Below, piece after piece: positions 50,080 to 60,031 of a stretch of 64,000 nucleotides of DNA (position 1 is its first letter; each line of letters opens with the position of its first letter). Made by a program: the position numbers and the translations under genes. The notes beneath the pieces are model-generated. The model did not search any database and was not told where the DNA came from. It saw nothing but the letters and a program-made list of their open reading frames with translations. This stretch comes from an uncultured Trueperaceae bacterium (lineage in GTDB: Bacteria > Deinococcota > Deinococci > Deinococcales > Trueperaceae): NCBI GenBank assembly GCA_963799485.1, contig CAWCXJ010000006.1, positions 64,001 to 128,000 of the forward strand. Reading direction: 5' to 3'.

Positions 50080-50520
50080 CTAGGGCGTAAAACGGGTTTG
50101 TAGCGCCTGCTCGAGCCGTTCTAGAAACGCTCTGGTAAAGGGCGTCCCCCGCGCGGTGACGCGGGTACGCGGGGGCCTGCTGCTCTCAGGCGTAAGCTGC
50201 ACATTGACCCGGTGAACGTCCGGCGGCGCGCCTGAACCCACAAAGCCTGCCGCCCGTGACTTTGCCTCGGCCACGATGAGACCCGCCTCGCGGTCGCTTA
50301 CGGTGACGAGCCAGGGTGTCGACGCGCCCCGGCGGTAGCCGTTGACCCCGCCCGGACTGTAGGGGCCGACGCCGGGGTCGGCGGCGATGGTTTGCAAAAC
50401 AGCGGTAAACACCGTGTCATACGGTGCGGCGTAGGTCGCCGGCGTAATTTGGGCGTTTTTGAGGGTGGGCGCACACGACCCCAAAAAGAGCACAAGTAGC
50501 CCCGCGTAAAGGTAGTTCAT
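50080..50520 (-). CDS. Hypothetical lipoprotein
   Basis: Lipobox LGSC. Confidence 0.7.
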   Translation of the reverse strand: MNYLYAGLLVLFLGSCAPTLKNAQITPATYAAPYDTVFTAVLQTIAADPGVGPYSPGGVNGYRRGASTPWLVTVSDREAGLIVAEAKSRAAGFVGSGAPPDVHRVNVQLTPESSRPPRTRVTARGTPFTRAFLERLEQALQTRFTP

Positions 50521-50533
50521 CGGTGCGGCGCGC

Positions 50534-50707
50534 TCAACGCAAAATTCCTATAACGAGTACCAGCACGAAGCTCCCCACGGAGACCAAAAACCCGTGTAGC
50601 ATCACCTGCGGGTAGCGCGCGCGTACTCCCGCAAACGCCGAAGCCGTTATCATCAGGACGCCGAGCAAAAAGACGAGCGAGCAGGCGAACAGCAGCGGAT
50701 CGTCCAC
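50534..50707 (-). CDS. 57-aa two-TM small protein (below the ORF-track cutoff)
   Basis: GTG-started MDDPLLFACSLVFLLGVLMITASAFAGVRARYPQVMLHGFLVSVGSFVLVLVIGILR, fitting tightly between its neighbours. Confidence 0.6.
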   Translation of the reverse strand: MDDPLLFACSLVFLLGVLMITASAFAGVRARYPQVMLHGFLVSVGSFVLVLVIGILR

Positions 50708-50712
50708 AAGGA

Positions 50713-50964
50713 TTATTCTCCGCTATCCTCAACGGCGTTGTCGACCGGGTTCTGATTGGCTCCGGGGACGGGGGTTGCCTGTCTTGCCGGGAGCAGCAGC
50801 GCCGCTCCTAAAAAAGCGATGACGAGCCCGACCATCAGCGTACCGAAACGCCCGATAAAGCCCTTTTCCTTGCGCCCGTCGTCGCGCCGACCCTGGATCA
50901 GCTTTTGCGCGATGAGGCTAACGCCTACAACTAAAATGATGATGCCTGAGACCGTCTGTACCAT
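50713..50964 (-). CDS. Small two-TM membrane protein
   Basis: MVQTVSGIIILVVGVSLI...TLMVGLVIAFLGAALLL; ATG 50964. Confidence 0.65.
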   Translation of the reverse strand: MVQTVSGIIILVVGVSLIAQKLIQGRRDDGRKEKGFIGRFGTLMVGLVIAFLGAALLLPARQATPVPGANQNPVDNAVEDSGE

Positions 50965-50981
50965 TCCTTTATTATGAAGGC

Positions 50982-51359
50982 GTGAACACCCGAAAGAGTG
51001 AAAGCTATCCTGCGGAGCCGGGCCGATTTCGACAAAGGGTTTTGGCGCTGGTCGCTGAAATTCCCGAGGGTTACGTAGCGACGTATGGGCAAATCGCGCT
51101 TTGGGCAGGCCGACCACGCGCGGCGCGTCAGGTGGGCGGCGTCTTGCACGGTCTTTCGGTAGCGGAAGCCGAGCGTGTGCCGTGGCACCGAGTTATCAAC
51201 GCACAGGGCGGGATTTCGACCTACAAGGTCGGTGCCGGCGAGCTGCAGCGCGCGCTCCTAGAGTCCGAGGGCGTGGTGTTTGGCGCGCAGGGGCGCTGCG
51301 ATTTAGAGCATTACCGTTTTGCCTTCGATGAGGGTTCCGGCTCTTCCGGTGCGACCTGA
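50982..51359 (+). CDS. Alkyltransferase-like protein (ATL, MGMT family)
   Basis: IPEGYVATYGQIA, ARQVG, PWHRV (Trp replaces the catalytic Cys). Confidence 0.9.
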   Translation: MNTRKSESYPAEPGRFRQRVLALVAEIPEGYVATYGQIALWAGRPRAARQVGGVLHGLSVAEAERVPWHRVINAQGGISTYKVGAGELQRALLESEGVVFGAQGRCDLEHYRFAFDEGSGSSGAT

Positions 51360-52300
51360 ACGCTGGCGTCGGGCGGCGTGGTGGGGTCGTAAGCTTCGGG
51401 AACGAGTACCCGGACACCGCCGGGGACGACCTCGACCTCGAGCGGTGTGTTGCCCAGTTCATCACCGTCGAGTTCGGTCGGCAGTTCTGGACGCGCAGCT
51501 ATTTTGACTTTCTTGGCTTTGAAGTAACGCAAATCCCGGTCGGCGCTGTAATCGCGGCGGAGTACCTTGAACGCGAGCCGGAGGTTGTCGCGGAGCCCTA
51601 CCGAGCCGATGGTTACGACGTTCAAAATGCCGTCGTGGTGCCAGATATCGGGGCCGATAGAGATGTTGGCGTTGTCGATACGCCCGATGTTGACGACCAT
51701 TGCGGTGTGCGCCCGGACTCGCTGGCGTTTACCGTCTAGCGTAAGGGTTAAAGAGCTGCGTTTAAGTCGGACGCTTTCTCTTAGCCCGACGAGAACATAG
51801 GCGAGAAATCCCAGACGGCGTTTGAGGTCGCGCGGGGACTGCTCGATGACCTTGGCGTCGAAACCGGCCCCGGTAATGAGCGCGAAGTAGCGGTCGGCGT
51901 TGGGTAAATAGCCTACGTCAAGTTCGACAATTTTCGCGGGCGCGTCGAAGAGAAGCTCGAGGGCCTCCCCCAAATCCTTGGAAATCTCGAGGGCCAGCGC
52001 GATCTGGCTCGCCGTCCCCGAGGGTAGCTGCGCCAGCGGGACGGGGTTCCCTGCGCGAATAAGCCCCGACATCGCCTCGACGACCGTGCCGTCACCGCCT
52101 GAGGTGAGGACGATATCGAAGCCTTCCTCAGCGGCACCTTGGGCCCACCCTTCGGCGTCGCCTGCGCCCGCCGTGCGGCGCACCTCTACCTCGACTCCGG
52201 CTTTTGCGGCGCGGTCTTCGATGAGTTTGGTGACTTCGTCCGGGTCTTGCTGCCCGGAAACCGGATTCATAATGACCAGAATTCGTTTGTAGGTGTTCAC
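51311..52300 (-). CDS. Diacylglycerol/lipid kinase family protein
   Basis: IMNPVSG, GGDGTV, LPSGT, GFDA, ELDGD; GTG 52300. Confidence 0.9.
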   Translation of the reverse strand: MNTYKRILVIMNPVSGQQDPDEVTKLIEDRAAKAGVEVEVRRTAGAGDAEGWAQGAAEEGFDIVLTSGGDGTVVEAMSGLIRAGNPVPLAQLPSGTASQIALALEISKDLGEALELLFDAPAKIVELDVGYLPNADRYFALITGAGFDAKVIEQSPRDLKRRLGFLAYVLVGLRESVRLKRSSLTLTLDGKRQRVRAHTAMVVNIGRIDNANISIGPDIWHHDGILNVVTIGSVGLRDNLRLAFKVLRRDYSADRDLRYFKAKKVKIAARPELPTELDGDELGNTPLEVEVVPGGVRVLVPEAYDPTTPPDASVQVAPEEPEPSSKAKR

Positions 52301-52385
52301 AGCGTCTGTGCCCACGTCGTAGCTCGTGTGTAACTGCCCATGCAAGCGTCCTCTTTCTCGGTTAAACGGGCCGTATAATAGCCCG

Positions 52386-53600
52386 ATGACGAGCCCATCG
52401 TATAACGAGCCGGACACAAACCAAGTTCGGGCTAAAGCCGTAGCCCGAGCCGAGGTCGCGCTGACAAGGCGTTTGATCGCCGCTTTCAGCCCCTCGAGTC
52501 GTGAACGCCCTGCCGCTGAGGTGCTGCTTTCCGCCTTTCGCGAGGCGGGCTTCGACGAGGCGTATCTGGACCCAGCCGGCAACGCCGTCGGCGTCTTGTA
52601 CGGCGGACTAGGTAAAACCGGGCGCACGGTGATGTTAAACGGACACATCGATACGGTGCCTTTAGGCGACGAACACGAGTGGCCTTATCCGCCGCTGTCG
52701 GGTGAACTTGCCGACGGGCGAATCTGGGGGCGCGGCGCGTGCGATATGAAAGCGGCCTTGGCCTGTATGGTTTACGCGGCGAAAGACGCACAGGCTGAGC
52801 TGGACGGTACGGTCATCGTGACCGGGGTCGTGCAAGAAGAGGTCGGTGGCCTCGGCGCACGCTACCTCAGCGAAACGCTGAAGGCCGATGTGGTGATTCT
52901 TGGCGAACCGAGCAAACTCAAGCTGATGCTCGGGCACCGGGGCCGGGTCGAGGTAGCGGTGAGTTTACCCGGCAAGATCGCCCACGCCGCTAGAAACGAG
53001 TTGGGCGACAACGCGCTTTACCGGGCGGGGCGGTTTTTGGCGGGCTTAGAGCACCTTGCCTTACCGACCGGCGGGCCGCTCGGGGGTTCGTCTTTAACGC
53101 CGACAAGTTTGACCTCGTACCCGGCAGACGGCAAAAACGTCGTCCCGGGACGCGCCGAGCTGACCATCGACTACCGCAACATCGCCGGCGATGAACCCGA
53201 AACGGTGCTGGCGCGGTTGGGGGCGCTCGAGCCCGCCGCCACCCTCACCATTCCCGACGAACACGCCGTCAGTGAAAGCGGTGAAGTGTCCTGCAGCTTC
53301 CCGCGTATCGTCCCGGTTTACGCCGCGCCGGGAGACCACCCGGATGTGGTGACGGCGCGGGGGGCGCTTGCCGGGGTCATGCAAGATGCGGGTCAAGCCT
53401 TTGGCGAAGATCACTGGTGGTTCGGCACCGACGCGCCGCATCTGGTCAAAACAACCACCGGCGGCGTCGTAATCGGTTTCGGCCCCGGTGAAGAAGAACT
53501 GGCGCACACGACGCGTGAGAGCGTCCCCGTAAAACATTTGCATTTGGCTAGGCAAGGGTACGCCGCGTTACTGCGCGCCTACCTTGGACAAAACGCATGA
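52386..53600 (+). CDS. M20/ArgE/DapE-family metallohydrolase
   Basis: NGHIDTV, GRGACDMK, QEEVG, GEP, AHT; TATAAT 6 nt before ATG 52386. Confidence 0.88.
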   Translation: MTSPSYNEPDTNQVRAKAVARAEVALTRRLIAAFSPSSRERPAAEVLLSAFREAGFDEAYLDPAGNAVGVLYGGLGKTGRTVMLNGHIDTVPLGDEHEWPYPPLSGELADGRIWGRGACDMKAALACMVYAAKDAQAELDGTVIVTGVVQEEVGGLGARYLSETLKADVVILGEPSKLKLMLGHRGRVEVAVSLPGKIAHAARNELGDNALYRAGRFLAGLEHLALPTGGPLGGSSLTPTSLTSYPADGKNVVPGRAELTIDYRNIAGDEPETVLARLGALEPAATLTIPDEHAVSESGEVSCSFPRIVPVYAAPGDHPDVVTARGALAGVMQDAGQAFGEDHWWFGTDAPHLVKTTTGGVVIGFGPGEEELAHTTRESVPVKHLHLARQGYAALLRAYLGQNA

Positions 53601-53917
53601 AAGGGGACACCGTAAGGCTCAACGGCGACCGCTGGACGGTAGTGGACGTAGCCCCGGCAGAGCCCCTTGCCGAGATGGTGGCGACGATTTTAGAAGCAGA
53701 AGGTTTTGTCGCCCTGGTGCGGGTCGCAGCAGGGATGGCGGACGTGCTGACACACCTGGGCGGGGTGAGCAGCGAAACGACGTTCGTGCTCGTCCCCGAA
53801 GCCGAGGCCGAAGCTGCGCTGGCGCTGATTGCCGAAACCGTAACCGACTATGAAGGCGAAGAACTCGAGGCCCTTCTCGCCGCTTCAGAACTCGGCGAGG
53901 ACAGCGAAAACCCCTGA
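53597..53917 (+). CDS. Small acidic protein (DUF2007-like)
   Basis: AEMVATILEAEG...VLVPEAEAEAALALI. Confidence 0.6.
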   Translation: MKGDTVRLNGDRWTVVDVAPAEPLAEMVATILEAEGFVALVRVAAGMADVLTHLGGVSSETTFVLVPEAEAEAALALIAETVTDYEGEELEALLAASELGEDSENP

Positions 53918-53919
53918 AT

Positions 53920-54846
53920 ATGTTTTACGGCGTGTTCTCTAAAGGCTCGCTCACGTCAGCGCAGGGGGCGTGGCTGAGCCTAATTCTCGCGGTTGTCGTC
54001 CTGACCCTTAAAATGGGCGCGTATCTGCTGAGCGGTTCCGTCGCGCTCTTGTCCGACGCAGCGGAATCTTTGGTCAACGTCGCGGCGGCGCTCGGGGTGA
54101 TGGTCTCGCTGAAAGTCGCGCGCACCCCGCCGGACTACGAGCACCCTTACGGACACGCCAAAGCCGAATACCTCTCGAGCGCCGTCGAAGGGTCGCTGAT
54201 TCTGGTCGCCGCTGCCGTGATCATCGCAACGTCCGGGTTCAGGCTGCTCACGCCGCAACCGCTCGAGAAGCCCTTCATCAGTGTGTCGGTCGCGTTCGCG
54301 GCAACGCTGCTAAATGGCAGCGGCGCGTTCTTGCTGGCGCGTTTAGCGCGCCATACCGGGTCGGCTGCGCTACGGGCGAACGCGCGGCATCTCTGGACAG
54401 ATGTTTGGACGTCGGTCGGGGTCGTCGTGGCGGTTTTGCTGGTAACCCTGACCGGCTGGCTCGCGCTCGACCCACTGATCGGTCTACTCGTCGGTTTGAA
54501 TATTGCGCGGGAGGGTTTGCACGTGCTCTCCGAGTCGTTTTCGGATTTGCTCGACGCGCGGCTGCCCGAAGCCGAGGAGCGCGAGATTATGAACGTGCTG
54601 GAAAGCCGCCCTGAAGTGCTGGGTTACCACCGGTTGCGCTCGCGGCGTTCCGGTTCGGGCCGTTTTGCCGAGGTCGATGTTTTCGTCGATCCGGCGATGA
54701 GCGTGGGCGCGGCGCACAAGCTGGTGAGTAGTCTCGAGGGGGCCTTGCAGCTTTCTCTCCCCGGCATCGTCACGACCGTTCACATCGAACCCGCCGAGGT
54801 CGGGGTACGCGAAGGCCCACGAACACCACACGACGAATACCGCTGA
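53920..54846 (+). CDS. Cation diffusion facilitator (FieF-like)
   Basis: SVALLSDAAES, HPYGHAKAEY, HLWTD, HRLRSR, VHIEP. Confidence 0.92.
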   Translation: MFYGVFSKGSLTSAQGAWLSLILAVVVLTLKMGAYLLSGSVALLSDAAESLVNVAAALGVMVSLKVARTPPDYEHPYGHAKAEYLSSAVEGSLILVAAAVIIATSGFRLLTPQPLEKPFISVSVAFAATLLNGSGAFLLARLARHTGSAALRANARHLWTDVWTSVGVVVAVLLVTLTGWLALDPLIGLLVGLNIAREGLHVLSESFSDLLDARLPEAEEREIMNVLESRPEVLGYHRLRSRRSGSGRFAEVDVFVDPAMSVGAAHKLVSSLEGALQLSLPGIVTTVHIEPAEVGVREGPRTPHDEYR

Positions 54847-55017
54847 GTGCGCTCAGGTCGGAGTTTTTGAGTGTTGCTCGGTTGTGAGAGACGTGCGTGA
54901 TTTGACACCGGCGTTCGGCAAGGATTCGGGGAAGGCGCCAGGGCAACCGGGACGGTGTTTTACGGCACTTTCAAGCCATCAAGCCAGCAGCGCCGCTCTA
55001 ACGCCGACAGTGCGGCG

Positions 55018-55923
55018 TCAGCTACGCACAACCTCACCACTGTAGTACTCGACGCGGGTCAGCCCGGCCCGTTTGACGCAGGTCAGCTCACCGTTATAGG
55101 GCGCGTCGAACGCGCCTGCCGTCGGCGGTACGTCGCTGTAGTCGCGCCCCAAGGCCACAATGATGTAGTCCAGACCGGGGCGACGGCGGTTTGTCGGGTC
55201 GAAGCCGTAAGCGGTAAACGCGTCGCCCTCGGGAACCAGCACTTCGGCCCAGGCGTGTGAGCCCCCTTCACCGAGCATGTGACCCGACACGTAACGCGCC
55301 GGAACGCCCGCCGCGCGGCACATCGCGACCATGATGTGGGCGTAATCCTGGCAGAGCCCGACGCCGCCGGCAAGCGCCACAGAAGCCGGGGTGCGGGTAT
55401 CGGTCGCGCCGAACCCGTAACGCACCGCGTGGTGTACCCATTCGTTCAGGCGCGCCGCAAACGCCAGCGTACCCGCGTAGGTGCCGCGCAGCTCCCGGGC
55501 AATCCCGCGCATCTTGGCGTCGGCTGCGGTAAGCGGGGTAACCTCCCGGAAGGGGGCGACCTCCGCCGCGCTAAAATGGGCCGGGGGCACGCCCGCACAG
55601 TTTTTTACGGTGCTGAAAAGCCTGAACTCGAGCCCTGTGTCTACCGTTTCGGCTTCGACCGCCAAGATGGTATTACCGAAAATGTCCGTATGCGTAGCAA
55701 CCTCGAACGGCGGCGTGACGCTCACGGCGGCGCTGCACAACTTTTGACCGCCGTAAACGTCTCTGGGCGTTACCGTCAGCTCGTGCCGGAGTTTATGAAT
55801 CGGCCCCGGATAGCGGTACGCAAAACTTTGATAAAGCGTGTGCTGGGCGCTTTTAACCTGCGACCACACGACACTTTTGCGGTCGATAAAGCCGGGCACC
55901 GTGTAGGGCGCGGTAGAGGTCAC
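55018..55923 (-). CDS. Transglutaminase-like protein
   Basis: GLCQDYAH, PARYVSG, SHAWAEV, FDPTN, GRDYSDV. Confidence 0.9.
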   Translation of the reverse strand: MTSTAPYTVPGFIDRKSVVWSQVKSAQHTLYQSFAYRYPGPIHKLRHELTVTPRDVYGGQKLCSAAVSVTPPFEVATHTDIFGNTILAVEAETVDTGLEFRLFSTVKNCAGVPPAHFSAAEVAPFREVTPLTAADAKMRGIARELRGTYAGTLAFAARLNEWVHHAVRYGFGATDTRTPASVALAGGVGLCQDYAHIMVAMCRAAGVPARYVSGHMLGEGGSHAWAEVLVPEGDAFTAYGFDPTNRRRPGLDYIIVALGRDYSDVPPTAGAFDAPYNGELTCVKRAGLTRVEYYSGEVVRS

Positions 55924-56161
55924 TGAAACCCGGCAACTGCCGGTCGGCAGTTGTAAGCATTTTGGGCCGTTCCGCCCAGCACGATAAAAGCCGCTGTCAC
56001 CGTGACGTCACCGTAGCAGGTATCATCACAAAACGTGCACGCCGTTCGGGTTTGTTTCCATATACAGCATCTTAAACCGAACGCCTCCCACCATCTCAAA
56101 AGCTGTACCGACCTGAACAATTCTACCGTAATTCCCGCGTCAGCCTGAACTGCAGGTCCGG

Positions 56162-56989
56162 TCACTCCTGCGGCAACACAAAGTCATCGGCTACTTCGTC
56201 GGCCCAAACATTCATCTGCAAGAGCCGGGCGTTGCCGTAAACCGTCGAAAAGGCGGTATCGACGGCGTCGCGTCCGTAGGCAATCAGCACGCGCCCGATA
56301 CGCGGGCGGTTATGCCGCGCGTCGAAGGTGCGCCACTCACCGCCGATAAACGCCTCGAACCAGGCGTGAAAGTCCATCGGCCTGCCGTCCGGGGGTACAT
56401 CGATGTCGGGCAGGTAGCCGCACACGTAACGCGCCGGGATATTGAGCGCGCGGCAAAAAACAATGCCCAAGTGCGCGAAATCGCGGCAGACGCCGCAGCG
56501 TCCCAGATAAGCTTCGTGACTGCTCGTCACCGTGGTGCTGCCCGCGCCGTAGCTGATATTTTCATGCAACCAGTCGCAGATCGCCTGCACCTGATCCCAA
56601 CCGGGTCGGAGGTTGCCGAACAGCTGCCAGGCGTCGTCGCTAAAGGGCTCGAGCTGACAGTAGCGGCTCGGCAGGGTGTAGATCATCACCTCGTCGGGCA
56701 GCGCCGCAACCGGCGTCGCGGCGAGTCCCGGCAGTACGGCGTCGGGCGTCGGCGGCACCTCGGCGAGCACGTCGTGCCGGACACTAAAGGTTCCCGGCCC
56801 GACGACGGTGCGCCAGACCTCGTTGCCGTAAAGGTCGCGGTACTCGCTCAGCGTCCTCTGCGGCGTGGCTACGCGCGCTTCTGCGAGTGTTTGGTGGTAG
56901 CGGCTGCCAGGCCGCGTGCGGACGCTCAACAGTATCGGCGTCTCATACTCCGACCTATAGGTAAGTTCACAACCTGCACGGACTTTCAT
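56162..56989 (-). CDS. Transglutaminase-like protein
   Basis: LPSRYC, GVCRDFAH, DFHAWFE, FDAR, GRDAVD. Confidence 0.9.
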   Translation of the reverse strand: MKVRAGCELTYRSEYETPILLSVRTRPGSRYHQTLAEARVATPQRTLSEYRDLYGNEVWRTVVGPGTFSVRHDVLAEVPPTPDAVLPGLAATPVAALPDEVMIYTLPSRYCQLEPFSDDAWQLFGNLRPGWDQVQAICDWLHENISYGAGSTTVTSSHEAYLGRCGVCRDFAHLGIVFCRALNIPARYVCGYLPDIDVPPDGRPMDFHAWFEAFIGGEWRTFDARHNRPRIGRVLIAYGRDAVDTAFSTVYGNARLLQMNVWADEVADDFVLPQE

Positions 56990-57031
56990 GGTGTCCCCCT
57001 TGGGATGCCAGCTCGGTTAAAGCCAGCTTCG

Positions 57032-58108
57032 TTACTTCCGGCCTTGACGCTGACTCTGGCTCCCATACCCCCGACTCTGGCTTTGACGCTGACTCTGACC
57101 GGTGCTGGGGCCGAAACCCTGTTGCAGCTGGCTCTGCACGAGCCGCTGCGCCTCGGGTGCATTTTCAAAGTAGGCGCGCCGGGTGGCGTCGGATATTTTG
57201 GCGAGCGCGACGAGGAGCGCTTCTAAACTCGGGTCTTCGCGTTCGATAATCTGCTCGGCCCCGCGCATATAGGTCAGCTGCGCGTTCAGCCACCCCGACT
57301 GCCTGAGCGGTTCGGACGACACCTCGGGATTTTGCGCGTTGATACTTTCCAGACTCTGAAAAAGCCGTTTGACACTGTAACGCAAACTGCGCGGAAAAAG
57401 CGGGTCGAGCAGCAAAAAGGCGGCGATGCGGTTCGGCTCGAGAGCGTTGTGATGGCTTTTACGAAACGCTTCAAAGGCGCTACACGACTTGAGCAGGGCG
57501 GTTGCCCGGTGCAGTTCGATACCGCGCGCGACCGGCTCATTGCCACGGTACTGACGGTAGCGCACCTGAAGAATCCGCAAAACATTGTCTGAACGTTCCA
57601 AATGCCGTCCGGCGCGCAGAAAAAGCCAACCCTGGTCGTGCGGCATGGTCGCTCCGGCCAGCCCGAAAAAGAGTGCGCTCACCTCGCGCACGGCCTCGCA
57701 GTAGTCGTGCAGCGTCATATTGTCGTCGTAACCGACGCAGAGCGCTAGGTACGCGCGGTTGAGCGATCCCCACATCTCCGACGAGATACGGTCGCGGAGC
57801 GTCCGGGCGTTTTCGCGGGCGTGGGTCAGGCTCGAGCGGATGCTGCTCGGGTTGCTGTCATGGTTGGTCAACCACGCCGGCACGGTGTTGCGGTCGGCTT
57901 TGCTGAAGTGCGCCTTAAAACCCTCCGCGTCGCCGGTAATCTGCAATAGGGGTGCCCACTGTTCGGTCAGGATGCCCTTTGAGAGGTACGGCGCTTCGAC
58001 CATCGCGTGGTAGTTCACATCCAAGAGCCTGGCGGTATTTTCGGCCCGCTCTATATAGCGGCCCATCCAGTAGAGGTTTTCGGCAATCCGGCTAAGCACC
58101 GGGCGCAC
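57032..58108 (-). CDS. Alpha-E domain protein with Gln/Ser-rich tail
   Basis: LSRIAENLYWMGRYIERAENTAR, ARENAR, GRHLERSD, FPRS. Confidence 0.92.
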   Translation of the reverse strand: MRPVLSRIAENLYWMGRYIERAENTARLLDVNYHAMVEAPYLSKGILTEQWAPLLQITGDAEGFKAHFSKADRNTVPAWLTNHDSNPSSIRSSLTHARENARTLRDRISSEMWGSLNRAYLALCVGYDDNMTLHDYCEAVREVSALFFGLAGATMPHDQGWLFLRAGRHLERSDNVLRILQVRYRQYRGNEPVARGIELHRATALLKSCSAFEAFRKSHHNALEPNRIAAFLLLDPLFPRSLRYSVKRLFQSLESINAQNPEVSSEPLRQSGWLNAQLTYMRGAEQIIEREDPSLEALLVALAKISDATRRAYFENAPEAQRLVQSQLQQGFGPSTGQSQRQSQSRGYGSQSQRQGRK

Positions 58109-59621
58109 CGTCCTGAGCGCTGTCCGACAGTTCTCGGCCCGTGCCGTCGTCTTCTAAAACCCAGGTGTCTTTCGACCCGCCCCCCTGCGACGAATTGACC
58201 ACCAGCGAACCGCGTTTAAGTGCGACGCGGGTGAGGCCGCCGGGGATGACCGTCGGCGTTTCGCCCCACAAGATGTAGGGCCGCAGATCGACGTGGCACG
58301 GCTCGAACACCTCGGAATCGGCGTAGTAGGTCGGGTGGCTCGAGAGCTGCACAATCGGCTGGGCGATATAGTTATGCGGATTTTTGCGCACCTGCGCCAC
58401 AAACGCCTTACAGAGCTCGGGCGACGCCTCGCTGCCGACGAGCATCCCGTAGCCCCCGGCTCCGCCGACCTCTTTAATGACCAAGCTCGGAGCCTGCTCG
58501 CAGATATGCTCGAGCATCTCGGGGTCGGCCCCCAAGTACGTTTCGACGTTTGGAAGGATTGGTGTTTCACCCAGATAGTATTCGATCATCTTCGGCACAT
58601 ACGCGTACATCGCCTTGTCGTCGGCGACGCCCGTACCGACTGCGTTGGCGAGCGCGACCCGACCCTCTTTGTAGACGTCCATCAATCCCGGTACACCCAA
58701 CGTCGACTCACGGCGGAAGGCGTGCGGGTCTAGAAAATCGTCGTCGATACGGCGGTAGATCACGTCAACTTGCTGTTTCCCCTGCGTGGTGCGCATCCAT
58801 ACGCGCCCGTCGGCCACGAACAAGTCGCGCCCCTCGACGAGTTCGACGCCCATCTGCTGCGCCAAATAGCTGTGTTCGTAGTAGGCGCTGTTGTACTGCC
58901 CCGGCGTCAGAACGACCACGGTCGGTTCACCGTCACGGGGCGACAGGCTCTGGAGCGTCTCGAAGAGCGCCGTGGTGTAGTGCGTAATCGGGCGCACCCG
59001 CTGGCGCATCATCAGCTTCGGAAACGAGCGCGCCATCACGGCGCGGTTGGCGAGCATGTACGACACGCCGCTGGGATTACGGAGGTTGTCTTCCAGCACG
59101 CGGTACTGACCTTCGCTGTCGCGGATAAGGTCGCAGCCGACGACGTGCGTATATGCGCCGTGCGGCAACGCCACACCCGACATCTGCGGGCGAAAATGGG
59201 CGTTTTTACGGACTAAAGCTTCGGGCACTACGCCGTCTTTTAGGATTTCCTCGCCGTGATAGAGGTCGTGCAAAAACAGGTTGAGGGCGCGAACCCGCTG
59301 GATCAGGCCGCGCTCGAGCGTATCCCACTCAGCTGCCGGAATCACCCGCGGAAACGGGTCGAAGGGGAAGGGGCGTTCGGTACCCTCGGCGTCGCCGTAA
59401 ACGGTAAAGGTGATGCCCTGATTGCGCAAGGTCAGTTCGATAAGGCCCCGCCGCCGCCGAAATTCGTCCTTGCCGAGCGCCCGGAAGCCGTCGGCGAGCG
59501 CTGCGTAGTGGGGCCGCACGGTGCTACCCGTAGAGCCGCCGGAGGCGAACGCTTCGTCGAACCCCCGCACCGGATAGTCGCCGAACACATCAGAAGCAGG
59601 ATTTTCGGGAGCGGGTTGCAT
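58092..59621 (-). CDS. Circularly permuted type 2 ATP-grasp protein
   Basis: GITFTVY, LEDNLRNPSGVSY, VDVIYRRIDD, GVADDK, GGLTRVAL, VVNSSQGGGSKDTWV. Confidence 0.95.
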   Translation of the reverse strand: MQPAPENPASDVFGDYPVRGFDEAFASGGSTGSTVRPHYAALADGFRALGKDEFRRRRGLIELTLRNQGITFTVYGDAEGTERPFPFDPFPRVIPAAEWDTLERGLIQRVRALNLFLHDLYHGEEILKDGVVPEALVRKNAHFRPQMSGVALPHGAYTHVVGCDLIRDSEGQYRVLEDNLRNPSGVSYMLANRAVMARSFPKLMMRQRVRPITHYTTALFETLQSLSPRDGEPTVVVLTPGQYNSAYYEHSYLAQQMGVELVEGRDLFVADGRVWMRTTQGKQQVDVIYRRIDDDFLDPHAFRRESTLGVPGLMDVYKEGRVALANAVGTGVADDKAMYAYVPKMIEYYLGETPILPNVETYLGADPEMLEHICEQAPSLVIKEVGGAGGYGMLVGSEASPELCKAFVAQVRKNPHNYIAQPIVQLSSHPTYYADSEVFEPCHVDLRPYILWGETPTVIPGGLTRVALKRGSLVVNSSQGGGSKDTWVLEDDGTGRELSDSAQDGAPGA

Positions 59622-59802
59622 AAAAAAGTCTATCACGCAAGCCGCAAGCTACCGCAAGTTTGCCGTAGCGCCGTAAAGATACCGTAAAATGTCGCCAAAA
59701 TGTTTGACATTTTGCAGGAGTTAACGATGTTTCGCGCTCGACTCGCAACGATCACCACACTGCCGTCCAAACGGCGCCAACCGCCCGCAGCCTGGTCTCG
59801 GA

Positions 59803-59832
59803 TTGACAAACGTCCGGCCCAGACCGCATACT
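59803..59832 (+). promoter_or_regulatory. Putative sigma70 promoter upstream of the RIO kinase leader
   Basis: TTGACA (59803-59808), 18 bp, CATACT (59827-59832). Confidence 0.55.
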
Positions 59833-59855
59833 TAAGACCGCTTTGGAGGTGACGT

Positions 59856-59909
59856 ATGGCCTACAATTTGGTAATTGCCTACACGCGCCTCGAGCCCCGT
59901 TGTTACTAA
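59856..59909 (+). CDS. Candidate 17-aa leader peptide MAYNLVIAYTRLEPRCY
   Basis: Strong SD GGAGGTGA just upstream of ATG 59856; TAA 59907-59909. Confidence 0.5.
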   Translation: MAYNLVIAYTRLEPRCY

Positions 59910-60031
59910 AGCCACCCCGCTCGAGTCGCCTGCACCCGCTGCGCACCTGTACTACCTACCTGTACCAGGTATTTGCAAATAGTGCATGTTTGTAGACAGG
60001 TCAGCTCGAACCGCGACCCGTTGGAGGGGAT

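Noticed and set aside
52301..52648. N-terminal extension of the lipid kinase ORF
   Set aside because: Overlaps the divergent M20 gene; the kinase domain starts at ~52300
55920..56165. 81-aa ORF bridging the two transglutaminase genes
   Set aside because: It overlaps both neighbours by 4 nt, but composition is atypical and no motif is recognised; left uncalled
56312..57226. 304-aa plus-strand ORF
   Set aside because: Antisense shadow of the transglutaminase and alpha-E genes
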